Shown here one piece after another: positions 10,674 through 22,094 of a stretch of DNA of 64,000 nucleotides. Positions within the stretch are counted from its first letter, which is position 1. Every line of letters starts with the position of its first letter. The notes beneath the pieces were generated by a model. That model saw nothing but the letters and a program-made list of their open reading frames with translations. It was not told the DNA's origin and did no database searches. Origin of the DNA: Vicinamibacterales bacterium (GTDB lineage: Bacteria > Acidobacteriota > Vicinamibacteria > Vicinamibacterales > JAMQPK01); NCBI GenBank assembly GCA_963738315.1, contig CAVTVT010000004.1, forward strand, positions 470,123-534,122. The letters run 5' to 3'. The position numbers and the translations under genes were made by a program.

Positions 10674-11672
10674 TCAGGCATACACCCGGCGCCGGTCCGC
10701 CGGCGTGGCGACCTGGCCGTGGATCCAGCGGTAGGTCTTCTCCATCCCGTCACGCAGCCTGATCGACGGCGCCCAGCCGAGCCGTTCCTTCACCATCGTG
10801 TTCTCGCTGCAGCGGCCCCGCACGCCTTTGGGTGCGGACAGATCATAGCGGCGCGAGAGCCGGACGCCCGCGATCTCCTCGACGATGTCGATGAGCTGGT
10901 TGATGGTGACCATCTCGTCGCTGCCGACGTTCAACGGCTCGCGGCACTCGCTCCGCATCAGCCGCAGCGTGCCCTCGAGGCAGTCGTCGATGTACATGAA
11001 GCTCCGCGTCTGCTCCCCGTCGCCCCAGACATCGATCGTATCGGCGCCGCTCAACTGCGCGGCGATGACCTTGCGGCAGATGGCCGCCGGCGCCTTCTCG
11101 CGGCCCCCTTCATAGGTGCCGTGCGGCCCGTATACGTTGTGGTATCGGGCGATCCGGGTCTCGAGCCCGAAATCCTCGCGGAAATGGCGGCACATCCGCT
11201 CGCTGAACAGTTTTTCCCAGCCGTACCCGTCTTCGGGCATCGCCGGGTAGGCGTCGCTCTCTCTGAGCGGCGCCACGTCGGGCCGCGTCTGCTTGTCCGC
11301 GGCGTACACGCACGCCGACGAGGAGTAGAAGTACCGGCTCGCCCCGGCCTTGCGCGCCGCCAGGAGCATGTGGGTGTTGATGAGCACCGAGATCATGCAT
11401 TCCGCCTTGTGTGTCTCGATGAAGCCCATCCCGCCCATGTCGCAGGCCAGGTTGTAGATCTCGGCCGCGCCCGCGGCGGCCTCGTGGCACGCGTCCTCCC
11501 TCCGGAGATCCAGGCAGAGGGCCTCGGCCTCGGGGTGCCGCTGATACCACTCGTCCAGCGGCTTGACGTCCACGGCCCGGACACGGCGGTGTCCGAGGCT
11601 GAGAAGCTTGCCGACCAGGTGCCCGCCGATGAATCCGCCCGCACCTGTCACCAGGATCAACTCGTCACTCAT
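10674..11672 (-). CDS. NAD-dependent epimerase, GDP-mannose 3,5-epimerase-like
   Basis: GAGGFIG, NLACDMGGMGFI, YSSSACVY, PEDGYGWEKL, GGREKAPAAICRK. Confidence 0.88.
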   Translation of the reverse strand: MSDELILVTGAGGFIGGHLVGKLLSLGHRRVRAVDVKPLDEWYQRHPEAEALCLDLRREDACHEAAAGAAEIYNLACDMGGMGFIETHKAECMISVLINTHMLLAARKAGASRYFYSSSACVYAADKQTRPDVAPLRESDAYPAMPEDGYGWEKLFSERMCRHFREDFGLETRIARYHNVYGPHGTYEGGREKAPAAICRKVIAAQLSGADTIDVWGDGEQTRSFMYIDDCLEGTLRLMRSECREPLNVGSDEMVTINQLIDIVEEIAGVRLSRRYDLSAPKGVRGRCSENTMVKERLGWAPSIRLRDGMEKTYRWIHGQVATPADRRRVYA

Positions 11673-11804
11673 GTGCACTCACCTCGTCTGATGGATAGAA
11701 GTCCGGGGCCCGCGGGCGCGGGCTCGGACGAATCGGGAACACCGGTGTGCTGTCGTGGTTCAGCGCCGAACGGGACGGCGATGCCCGCGATGCGGGCGGA
11801 CGCC

Positions 11805-13925
11805 TCAGAACACGGGAGGCATGTACGACGCGGCGGTCTTCAGCGCGCGCGCGGCGAGACCGGGCCGGGGCGCCGCCGGACGGCCGGGCCACGGCTCCGC
11901 GTACTCGACGGTCCTGTACAGAACGGCATTGACATGGCAGTCGTTGCGCTGCAGGAACTGGCCGATGCCTTCCATCGTCTGGCCGTACTGCGCGAAGTAG
12001 CGCGCCAGATCGGCCTTCTGGGCGTCGGAATGCCGCACGGTGAAACGGAGCCCGCTCTCGATGAAGTGATCGCGCGGGTCGTCCAGGTTGTCACACGCGT
12101 GCAGCGCGGGGAAATCGAAGTGCAGCGTGAGCGACACCGATCGCTCCAGATCGGTGAGCTGCGTCTTGCGCGCGACGGCGAGCTGGAACAGCTCCGCGAG
12201 GTAGCGCTCGAGCACCGGATCGAGCAGCGACCGCTCCTGAAGCTCCGCCCGCACGGCCTGGTGCGCGAGGGCCGCGATGTCCTCGAACAGGAACAGCAGG
12301 GCCGTCGAGCGCGCCTTGTAGATGTGGTTGACGCCGTAGTCGCCCCGCAGGTACGCGCTCATCGTGTCCGGCCGGCCCAAGAAGGCCTCCAGCTCCTCGC
12401 GCGTCTCGAAGAAATTGCGCCCCTCCGCCGTCCGGAACTCGGTGTAGAGATCCGCCACCGGCCCGGGCGTCGCCCGCGACAGACCGTGAATCCGCTGGAG
12501 CACGGTCGATTTCTGTACGCCCAGCGTCTCGGCGAGCCGGAAGAACTCCTTCAGGATGCCGCCGTTGTTGAAGATCGCGACCGTGAGGTCGAAGGCGCGG
12601 CACTCGAAGTACTCGTCGCGCGGCAGCGTGTTGTTCCCGAGGCAGATCTCCTGGATCTCGGCCACGGGCACCTCGTCGCCGCAGATGTCGTAGCGCCCGA
12701 AGCAGCGCGCCAGCACCCGGAAGCCCGTGTCGTACTGATAGCGCTCGCGGCTCGCGGTGTCGTTCGCTTCGGTGCCGGGCAGCAGGATGAACTGGAACGA
12801 TCGCACGTCCTGGATGCCGGCATCCAGCATGTCGCAGACCGACTTGCAGTGCTTCTCCCTCGTGTCGCCCGGCAGCCCGAGAATGATCTCGGTGAACGAC
12901 CCGGTGTGGCTGGCGGTCGCGTCCTTGGCCATCTTGACGATCGCGTCGAGGCTGATGTTGGTCCGTTTGATGTTGCGGAGCACGTCGGGATCGGTCGACT
13001 GGATCGCCGCGCCGATCTGGAGCAGATCGCCGAGGATGCGCGACATCTCGATCATCCGCCCCTTCTGGTTCTTGGCGGTCGCCACCATGACGTTCCGGGG
13101 CCACGGCCCGTTCCGCCGGATCTCGGCGAGGAACTCGGCGGTCTGGATGTCGCCGGGGAACATGCCCCAGTTGAGATCCGCCAGCTGGAGCGTGGCCGTC
13201 TTCACGCGCGCGGCGATGTAGTCGAGCTCCGCCCGCACCCGGTCGGCCGAGAACGCCCGCGTCTTGTTCATGTACGCGATGCCGTCGTGGCAGAAGGTGC
13301 AGGAGTAGGGGCATCCCCGCGAGGTCTGCACCATGGGCGTGAGCCGGTCGTCGAAGAACTCGTCGAGCAGCCCGCTGGTGTAGGGCGACGGCAGGCGGTC
13401 CATCTCGAGATTCCGCGGAAGCAGGTCGCCGCGCACGAACTCGCCGCCCGACAGATAGTGCACGCTCGGAATCCGCTCGCCGCTCTCGCGCAGCCGCCCT
13501 CCGTCGAAGTCCACCCGCTCGAGCGCCTTGAAGAGCTCGACGAAGGCCAGCTCCCCTTCGCCGTCGACGAAGAAGTCGATCTCGGGGTGCGCCTCGAGAT
13601 AACTCTGCTGCTCGGGCACGTCGATGGGATAATTGGGCCCCCCCATCACCGTGACCGTGCCCGGATGGCGCGCTTTGACCGCGCTCGCGAACGCACAACC
13701 CAGGCGCGCATTCCACATGTAATGCGTGAAGCAGGCAATCGCCGGCCGATTCTGCTGGAGATAGGCGGACAACTTCGCCGGATATTTGAAGAGATGCGGC
13801 TCGATGGCGCCGCCGAGATGCGCCTGCGCGTAGGCGGCGATGTATCCCACCGCCAGCGGCATGTTGTTGGCGTCAATCGCCACACCAGTGTGTGTCAGGT
13901 CCGCAAACGTGACGGCCGTCTTCAT
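11805..13925 (-). CDS. Cobalamin-dependent radical SAM protein
   Basis: B12-binding N-domain (PLAVGYIAAY, VMGGP, GEGE), RGCPYSCTFC (CxxxCxxC), IILGLPGDT. Confidence 0.9.
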   Translation of the reverse strand: MKTAVTFADLTHTGVAIDANNMPLAVGYIAAYAQAHLGGAIEPHLFKYPAKLSAYLQQNRPAIACFTHYMWNARLGCAFASAVKARHPGTVTVMGGPNYPIDVPEQQSYLEAHPEIDFFVDGEGELAFVELFKALERVDFDGGRLRESGERIPSVHYLSGGEFVRGDLLPRNLEMDRLPSPYTSGLLDEFFDDRLTPMVQTSRGCPYSCTFCHDGIAYMNKTRAFSADRVRAELDYIAARVKTATLQLADLNWGMFPGDIQTAEFLAEIRRNGPWPRNVMVATAKNQKGRMIEMSRILGDLLQIGAAIQSTDPDVLRNIKRTNISLDAIVKMAKDATASHTGSFTEIILGLPGDTREKHCKSVCDMLDAGIQDVRSFQFILLPGTEANDTASRERYQYDTGFRVLARCFGRYDICGDEVPVAEIQEICLGNNTLPRDEYFECRAFDLTVAIFNNGGILKEFFRLAETLGVQKSTVLQRIHGLSRATPGPVADLYTEFRTAEGRNFFETREELEAFLGRPDTMSAYLRGDYGVNHIYKARSTALLFLFEDIAALAHQAVRAELQERSLLDPVLERYLAELFQLAVARKTQLTDLERSVSLTLHFDFPALHACDNLDDPRDHFIESGLRFTVRHSDAQKADLARYFAQYGQTMEGIGQFLQRNDCHVNAVLYRTVEYAEPWPGRPAAPRPGLAARALKTAASYMPPVF

Positions 13926-13975
13926 CGGGTCTCCAGTGTTTCCGCGCGATAAACCGCGAGGGACCCGAGTTTCTG

Positions 13976-13991
13976 TGCAATAATTCCGCCG
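13976..13991 (-). promoter_or_regulatory. Sigma54-like -24/-12 promoter for the radical SAM operon
   Basis: Minus strand CGGCGGAATTATTGCA = GG-N10-GC with TTGCA, about 50 nt upstream of the ATG at 13925. Confidence 0.55.
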
Positions 13992-14048
13992 ATGCTCGCC
14001 GCCCCGACATCGGCTGGATTCCGTGACTCACCAGCGAGGCACTTCTGG

Positions 14049-14070
14049 AAGTCTTCCCGAAGGAAGACTT
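14049..14070. promoter_or_regulatory. Perfect 9-bp inverted repeat (operator or hairpin)
   Basis: AAGTCTTCC-CGAA-GGAAGACTT in the divergent intergenic region. Confidence 0.5.
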
Positions 14071-14121
14071 ATTACCGGATGCGCTGCGAATAGGGCCTTG
14101 TAAGATTGCAGAGGAGGTCGA

Positions 14122-14691
14122 ATGGCCGAAGTGCCGAAGGAATCCCGCCGACGAGGACGGCCGCGAAAGTTCGACGGCCCCTGCCGCCGCGTCACGGTGA
14201 CGCTGCCGGAAGAAGTGATCGCCGCCCTCGAAGGGGTGAACGTCGACCTGAGCAGCGCGATCGTCGAGTCGGTGCAGGTGCCCGCAGCGCCGAACGGCAA
14301 CGCTCCAGCCGAGCTCATCACGTACGGCAACCAGAGCGTGATCGTGGTGCCTCGCACGAGCCGGCTCACGGAGCTCGCCGGCGTCGGCCTGGTGCCGATT
14401 GCCGATGGCCGCGCGCTCATTTCGTTCGACCATCAGCTGTCCATCCCGCAGCTGGAGCTCCAGCTCGTCGACGGACTGCGCGACGACACGCTCCCGGCCG
14501 CCGACCGCGCCATCTTCGAGTCGCTCGTCGAGCTGCTCCGCAGCGCCAGGCGCGGCGACGTCATGACGCTGCAGCAGCACAGCATCATCGTCGTGCGCCA
14601 CGGCGCCGGGCCGGGCGTCCGGCAATCTGTCGGACTGCTGGCGACGCTGGCCGCGTGGCCGCTGTGGGAGCTATGCGCCATCCTGGGATGA
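14122..14691 (+). CDS. Putative DNA-binding regulator (AT-hook plus ribbon-helix-helix-like N-terminus)
   Basis: GAGGAGG RBS; RRRGRPRK followed by RRVTVTLPEEVIAAL; only plus-strand gene in the first 49 kb. Confidence 0.6.
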   Translation: MAEVPKESRRRGRPRKFDGPCRRVTVTLPEEVIAALEGVNVDLSSAIVESVQVPAAPNGNAPAELITYGNQSVIVVPRTSRLTELAGVGLVPIADGRALISFDHQLSIPQLELQLVDGLRDDTLPAADRAIFESLVELLRSARRGDVMTLQQHSIIVVRHGAGPGVRQSVGLLATLAAWPLWELCAILG

Positions 14692-14694
14692 CGA

Positions 14695-15418
14695 TCAATA
14701 TGACTTCGCCATCGGACGGATGTTGATGTCGGTCACCTCGGCGGTCGCCGGAAGAGACAGCGCCGCGATCACCATCGCCGCGATGTCCTCCGGCTGCAGC
14801 AGCAGCTCCGGCCGGTACGGCCTGTTCTCCCTGGCGTAGAGCCGCGACTGGCGCGACGTGGCGGTCCGCCCCGGATAGACCGAGAGCACACGCACGCCAT
14901 CCGCGTTCACTTCCTGGCGCAGCGTGTCGGCCAGCGCCCTCACGGCATGCTGCGTGGCGGCGAACTGGCTCGTGTTCGGCCGCGCGCCCCCGAACACGAT
15001 GCTGGAATTCACGAACGCGATCTGGCCGGGGCGCTTCCGGAGGAGCGGCAGCAGCCGCTGGGTGACGCGGTACGGCAGCCGCACGTTGGCCTGATACTGC
15101 GCATCGAGCGCGTCGACCGGCGCATCCGCGACGGCCCCGTGCGCAATCACTCCCGCCGAGTGCACGAGCACGTCCACCCGGCCGAACTCCCGTTCGGCGT
15201 CCTGCTCCAGCCCCGACACCTGCCCGTCGTCGGTCAGGTCGGCCACATAGGCGCGGCCGCGGGCGCCGCACGTCGCGACCGTCTCGGCGAGCGTCTCGCG
15301 AGTGCGGCCCACCGCCCATACCGAGGCGCCCTCGCGGGCCAGGGCCTGCGCGATGGCCCGGCCGAATCCCTCCCCCGCCGCCGGTCACGATTGCGAACTG
15401 CTGGTCGAAGAGCGCCAT
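14695..15418 (-). CDS. SDR family oxidoreductase (frameshift near 15370)
   Basis: AIVTGGGGGIG, LVHSAGV, SVYPGRTAT; the YxxxK catalytic position reads FAATQ as sequenced. Confidence 0.8.
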
Positions 15419-15421
15419 GAC

Positions 15422-16370
15422 TCAGCCCTGGGCCGCCACGAACGCGCGCGGCCGGACGGCGCGCAGCACCGTTTCCGCGATCTGATCCGCGGCGAGGCCG
15501 TGCTGCGCGAGCAGGTACTCCTGCGATCCGATCTTCGACGGGAAGCACGCCGGCACGCCCAGGCGTTGAAACCGGCACCGCACGCCGGAGGTCTCCGCGA
15601 GGAGCTCCGCGACCGCTCCGCCGAGGCCGCCCGTGACGCTGTGTTCCTCGATCGTGAACACCGCCGGCGTCTCCCGCGCCGCCGCGAGCACGGCTTCCCC
15701 GTCGAGCGGCTTCAACGTGTGCATGCTCAAGACCCGCGCCCGTACGCCGGCGTTCTCCAGCATGGCGGCGGCCGTGACCGTGTTGTGGAGCATGCCGCCC
15801 GTCGAGATGAGCGCCGCATCGCTCCCCTCGCGCACCGTGATGGCCCTGCCGATCTCGAAGTCGATGTCGCCGCCGTGCACGACCGGCTCGCCGGCCTTGC
15901 CCAGCCTCAGGTAGCAGGGGCCGGGATGTTCCACCAGCGCGCGCGTGGCGTGCCGCGCCTCGAGCGGATCGCCGGGCGCGAGAATGGTCATGCCCGGCAG
16001 CATACGCATGACGCCCAGATCCTCGGTCGCGAAATGCGTGGCGCCCATCGCGCCGTACGCGAATCCGCCGCCGACGCAGACGACTTTGACATTGGCCTGG
16101 TGATAGCAGAGGTCGTTGCGGATCTGCTCGAGACAGCGCAGCGTGGGGAAGTTCGCGATGGAATAGGTGAAGACGATCTTTCCGCTGAGCGCCATTCCGG
16201 CGGCCATGCCGGTCATGTTCTGCTCGGCCACGCCCGCGTTCACGAACTGCGCGGGAAGCTGCTCCATGTACTTCTCGACCACGCTGAAGCCCAGATCGCC
16301 CGTCATGAAGACGATGCGCGGATCGGTCCGCGGCGAGCTCGAAGAGGGTGTCGAGGAATGCGGTTCTCAT
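15422..16370 (-). CDS. Transketolase, C-terminal (pyrimidine-binding) subunit (frameshift near 16320)
   Basis: MRTAF start, NAGVAEQNM, EQIRNDL, GATHFATED, TIEEHS. Confidence 0.88.
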
Positions 16371-17195
16371 GGCTGGCGCTCCAGTTCCGCCAGGGCCTGT
16401 TCCAGGAGCTCGCCCCGCGCGGCCCGGTAGTGCCAGAGCAGCCGATCCTCCATGAAGCTCACGCCCTTGCCCTTCACGGTGTGCGCGACGACGCAGCTCG
16501 GCTTGCCCGGCTCGAAGGGCAGCGCCGCGAACGTCTGCTCGATGGCCGCCAGGTCGTGCCCGTCGATCTCGCGCGCCGCCCAGCCGAACGATTCCCACTT
16601 GCGGGCGAGCGGCTCCAGATCGATGACGTCTTCGACCCGTCCGAGGCTCTGAATCTTGTTGTAGTCCACGATGACGATCAGGTTGTCGAGCTCGTGCTGC
16701 GGCGCGAAGAGCGCCGCCTCCCACGTCGAGCCCTCGTCGCACTCGCCGTCGCTGATCATGCAGATACACCCGGTGCGCGGCTCCGTCGCGCTTCGCCGCG
16801 AGCGCCATTCCGGCCGCAATCGGGAGCCCGTGCCCCAGAGAGCCGCTCGAGATCTCGACGCCGGGAACGCCCTTGTGCGTCGCGTGCCCCACGAGCCTCG
16901 AGCCGTTCTGATAGAACGTCTCGAGCTCGGCGACCGGGATATGCCCCGTCTCGGCCAGCACGGCATAGAGCGCCGTGCACGCGTGCCCCTTGCTGAGGAT
17001 GAACCGGTCGCGATCGGGCCAGTCGGGGCGGGCCGCGTCGAAGCGCAGGAACCGGCCATACAGCGCCGCGAGCAGATCGCAGGCCGAGAGCGCGGACCCT
17101 ACGTGAGACGCGTTCGCGCGCCCCGTCATGGTGACGCAGTGCACGCGCATCCGTCGTGCGAGCTCGGTCAGATCCACGTCAGGAGTCATGTTCAT
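16367..17195 (-). CDS. Transketolase, N-terminal (ThDP-binding) subunit (frameshift near 16770)
   Basis: [43 protein letters not shown]. Confidence 0.88.
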
Positions 17196-17671
17196 CTCCG
17201 GTGCGCTCCATGGCGGCGCGCACGTCCGCCTCGACGATCCGCCCGCCCGGCCCCAATCCGCGGAGCGACGCCAGATCGATCCCGTGCTCGAGCGCGAGAC
17301 GCCTGGCAATCGGGCTGGCGCGCAGCTCGCCTCCTTCCGCGAGCGGGGCGGTCGGCCGGCGCGGCCGGTGCCGAGGCGGCGGCCGGAGCCGGCCGCGGCA
17401 CGGCTGCGCCGGCGGCATCGCCCGGCACCGCCTCTCCCGGCGCCAGGATGTAGCCGATGAGCGACTCCACCTGCAGCCGCGCGCCTTCGGCCAGGACGTG
17501 ATGGAGCACACCGCCTGCGGGCGCCTCCACGTCCTGCACCGCCTTCTCGGTTTCGATCTCGAGCACCACCTCGCCGGCTTCCACGGCCGCGCCGCTGGCC
17601 TTGCGCCAGGCCGTGAGCGTCCCCTCCGCGGTATACATTCCAAAGCTCGGCATGACGATTCGATGAGCCAT
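17179..17671 (-). CDS. Stand-alone lipoyl domain plus peripheral-subunit-binding domain (no acyltransferase domain; frameshift near 17350)
   Basis: IETEKAV lipoyl-Lys motif, Ala/Pro linker, [20 protein letters not shown], then stop overlapping the transketolase start. Confidence 0.8.
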
Positions 17672-17674
17672 GCG

Positions 17675-18736
17675 TTATCCGATCAGATCGCGAACGGCCG
17701 ACACGACCTTCGCGGCGTTCGGGATGTACTCCGCCTCGAGCACGGCGGAAAAGGGCACAGGCGTATGGGGCGCCGTGACCGTCTTGACGGGCGCGTCGAG
17801 CCAGTCGAAGCCCTTGTCCGCCACGACCGCCGCGATGTCGCGCGCCATCGACGCCACCGGGGTGTCCTCGTCGACCACCACGAGACGATGCGTGCGCCGC
17901 ACCGATTCGAGGATCGTCGTTTCGTCCAGCGGCACCAGCGAGAGCACGTCGATCACTTCGGCTTCGATCCCGCTCCCGGCGAGGATCCCTGCCGCTTCGA
18001 GACAGATATGCGTCATACGGCCGATGCCGCACAGCGTCACGTCGGCGCCTGGACGCACGACCTCGGCCTTGCCGATCGTCACACGTATACGCCTCGGGCG
18101 GCACGGCTCCCTTCGCCGCAAACCCCAGGAACTTGTGCTCCATCACCACGACCGGCCCATCGTCGCGAATGGCGGCGACCAGCAGCCCCTTGGCATTGTA
18201 GGCGGTGCTCGGGACGACGACCTTCAGACCGGGGACGTGCGCGAGCACGGAATAGAGCGTCTGGGAGTGCTGCGCCGCGGCGCCGCCGCCGTACGTGCGC
18301 TTGTCGCCGCGGCTGCCGAACGCCGTCCTGATGACGAGCGGCAGCGTGAGCTGCCCTCCCATCATGTAGTGCATCTTCGCGGCCTGATTGACGATCTGGT
18401 CGTAACAGACGCCGATCAGGTCGACGAACATGATTTCCACGATGGGACGGAGGCCGGTCATCGCCGCCCCGACGGCCGCGCCGACGAAGCCCATCTCGGC
18501 AATCGGCGTATCGATCACGCGATCGGGGCCGAACTCCTGGATCAGGCCGCGCGTGGCGCGCAGCGGTCCGCCCCACGCGTCGACCAGGCCGAGATGGGCG
18601 CGTCCGGCGGCCCCGGCCACGTCTTCGCCGAGCACGATCACGCGGCCGTCGCGCTGCATCTCCTGGCGGATGGCTTCGTTGATCGCCTGACTGAGGGTGA
18701 GCTCGCGCGAGGCGACGGCGGCGTCCATGGATCGGG

Positions 18737-18740
<4 letters not shown>
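17675..18740 (-). CDS. ThDP-dependent dehydrogenase E1 beta subunit, acetoin/pyruvate type (frameshift near 18085)
   Basis: [34 protein letters not shown]. Confidence 0.9.
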
Positions 18741-19698
<958 letters not shown>

Positions 19699-19702
<4 letters not shown>

Positions 19703-21055
19703 GAGCCGGCCCCCGCTTCGCGAACGAGATCGTGTCGAACCAGCGCGTCGGCCGCCGAGCGCACGGCGGAGAACGGCAGCCCGGATCGCTCGGCGACATC
19801 CAGCAGCGCGTGTGCGCCGTCCGAGAGACTCAGCACCCAGAGGAGCGCCTCCTCCATCGCGCGGTCGCCTCCGTGGCCGCCCATGGCCGCGTACAGGCCG
19901 CGTTTGCCGAGCTGCGGCTCGCACTTCGGGTTGCGGCTCTCGTAGCGCGCGTTCCCCTCGAGCACTTCGAACACCTTGAGACAGGTGGACAGCGTGTCGG
20001 CCAGCGAGGCGGGATCCACGAGGTCCAGGTTGTCCGCCGACGTGTGGTACTCCGGAAAGCAGCCATGAGGGGTGCGCGACAGCACGCCCACGGCGAGATC
20101 GAAGCCCGGCGAGCAGTACTGGCGCTCGTCGTAGCCGTACGGCGTAAAGCGCCGGATCTCGAACGGCGCTCCCGATCGCTCGAGGACGTGCGCCACGGCC
20201 CGGTCGATCTCGGCATCTTCACGGCGGCTTCGTTTGTACGTCAGGGAGCCGCGGTCACCGGCGCAGGCGAGCACCAGCCCGTGGCGCACCCGCGCCGCCG
20301 CCGGCTCGTTGAGCGCGAGCCAGGTGATGGCGCCGATGGTCCCCGGATTGAACAGGAAGCGGTAGGTGTAGCGGTGCGCGGTGCCTGCCAGCAGCCGCGC
20401 GAGCGTCACGGCGAGCGACACGCCCGACAGATTGTCGTTGCAGAGCGAGGGATGGCAGATGTGGCTCGACACCAGCACTTCGTGCGGCTCGCGGCCGGGC
20501 AGCAGGCATTCGGCCAGCGTCAGATGGCCCGGCTCGAGCGACGCGTCGATGCAGACGTCGAGCTCGCCGGGCTCGGCCTGCGAGAGGCGCTCGAGCTGCC
20601 GCCCGGTCACGCAGAAGCCCCAGTTCTCCGAGTAGTACCGAGGTCTTGTACGGAATCCAGTCCGGATGCTCCGGGATCGCGTGAAGATGCGGCCGGAGCG
20701 CCTCGAGGCTCATCCGCGCCCGCACCGGCACGCTCCCGCTCACCACGTGCAGGTTCGAGGCGTTGAAGTCGACCAGCCGCTCTCCCTGAACGTTCTTGAT
20801 GTAGGCGTCGCGGATGTTCCACTCCTTCGGAACGGCCCAGTCGTAGACCACGGTTCCCGTGGGAACCTCGCGCGTCCGAATCGGAATCTCCTGGGCGATC
20901 AGCCCGAGCGTCTCGCGCACGCCGCCGCCGGTGATGCTCCGGCAGATCGGATAGAGCCGGCGGATCCGCTCGTACAGCTCGGCGCCGGTCTCGCGCGAGT
21001 CGAGTGACGCCCGCAGCGCGGCGACGTCCATCTGCGCCTCGGTCGCGCGGCTCAT
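19699..21055 (-). CDS. DUF4910-type polysaccharide biosynthesis protein with aminopeptidase-like domain (frameshift near 20640)
   Basis: YPICRSITG, HICHPSLCNDNLSG, GYDERQYCSPG, EYHTSAD, PKCEPQLGKRGLY. Confidence 0.85.
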
Positions 21056-22092
21056 GACGCTCTCGACACCACCGGGCCATGGCCGGCGCGCTCCAGGCAG
21101 GCGCGCAGGCGATCCGGGAACGCGTCGGCAGGCGCCGCATCGCGCTGCCGGATCCAGCTCTTCAGATACTGCCGGGCGGGCTTCGAGCCGGTGAAGAGCT
21201 GCGCCAGGATGTAGCTCCGACGCTCGACCGGCCGCGAAGACCTCGCGACGATCTCGTCGAAGTCCTCCTGCGCCCGCAGCTCCGCGACCCGTCGCCGCAG
21301 CGCCGGCGTGAGCGACCGGCCGGCGCTCTCCAGCGCGTTCTCGATCATCGCGGCGATCCGCTCGCGGTGCTCCGGCGTCCCCAGGCGCGCCCCCGCCGTG
21401 GCCTGCGCCGTGTGAATTCTCCAGCCGCCCCACGTGTCGGGCACGTGCACGGTGTTCGCCACCAGTCCGGCCCGCATGCTCCAGTTGAAGTCTCCCACCG
21501 AGCCCCAGGTGGACTGAAACAGCCCCACGCGGTCGAACAGCGACCGCCGGATCAGGAGCTGCGTGATCGAGATGTACACGGATTCCCCGAGCAGGTGCAG
21601 CAGGCCGTCGAAGGGCGCCCGGCGCACGTGCGCGACATCGAGCAGCGGCCCGCTGCTCCGCGCGAACAGCGACGCGCGCTCCCACCATGCCTGCCGTTCC
21701 GCCACCTCGCGGCCTTCCTCGTCGATCGCACGCAGACGGCAGTGCGCGAGGTCGCAGTCGGGATGGGCGTCGAGCGCCGCGACGAGCTTGGCGAGGCAAT
21801 CCGGCGGCATCGTGTCGTCGCTGGTGGCAATGTACACGTACTCACCGCGCGCCTCCCGCACGCAGGGGCTCCAGCTCCCGGGAGTGCCTTCCTTCGGCCC
21901 CTGCCAGATGCGCATCCGCGGCTCGCGCGCCGCCAGCTCGGTGAAGTACTCCCAGGCGCCGTCGGTCGAGTGGCTGTCGTACACGAGCAGCTCCCAGTCG
22001 GTGAACGACTGGTCGAAGATCGTGCGGAATCGATCCGGGAGAAAAGGCCGGGTGTTCAAGTTGGGAACGCAGATCGAGACGCGGGGGCTCAC
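21052..22092 (-). CDS. Glycosyltransferase, GT2 family
   Basis: VSICVPNLN, VYDSHSTDG, IATSDD; GTG start inferred. Confidence 0.82.
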   Translation of the reverse strand: MSPRVSICVPNLNTRPFLPDRFRTIFDQSFTDWELLVYDSHSTDGAWEYFTELAAREPRMRIWQGPKEGTPGSWSPCVREARGEYVYIATSDDTMPPDCLAKLVAALDAHPDCDLAHCRLRAIDEEGREVAERQAWWERASLFARSSGPLLDVAHVRRAPFDGLLHLLGESVYISITQLLIRRSLFDRVGLFQSTWGSVGDFNWSMRAGLVANTVHVPDTWGGWRIHTAQATAGARLGTPEHRERIAAMIENALESAGRSLTPALRRRVAELRAQEDFDEIVARSSRPVERRSYILAQLFTGSKPARQYLKSWIRQRDAAPADAFPDRLRACLERAGHGPVVSRAS

Positions 22093-22094
22093 GA

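Noticed and set aside
14-13952. Very long plus-strand ORFs (14-3100, 10335-13952 and similar elsewhere)
   Set aside because: Antisense shadows of motif-bearing minus-strand genes in high-GC DNA; no recognisable domains.
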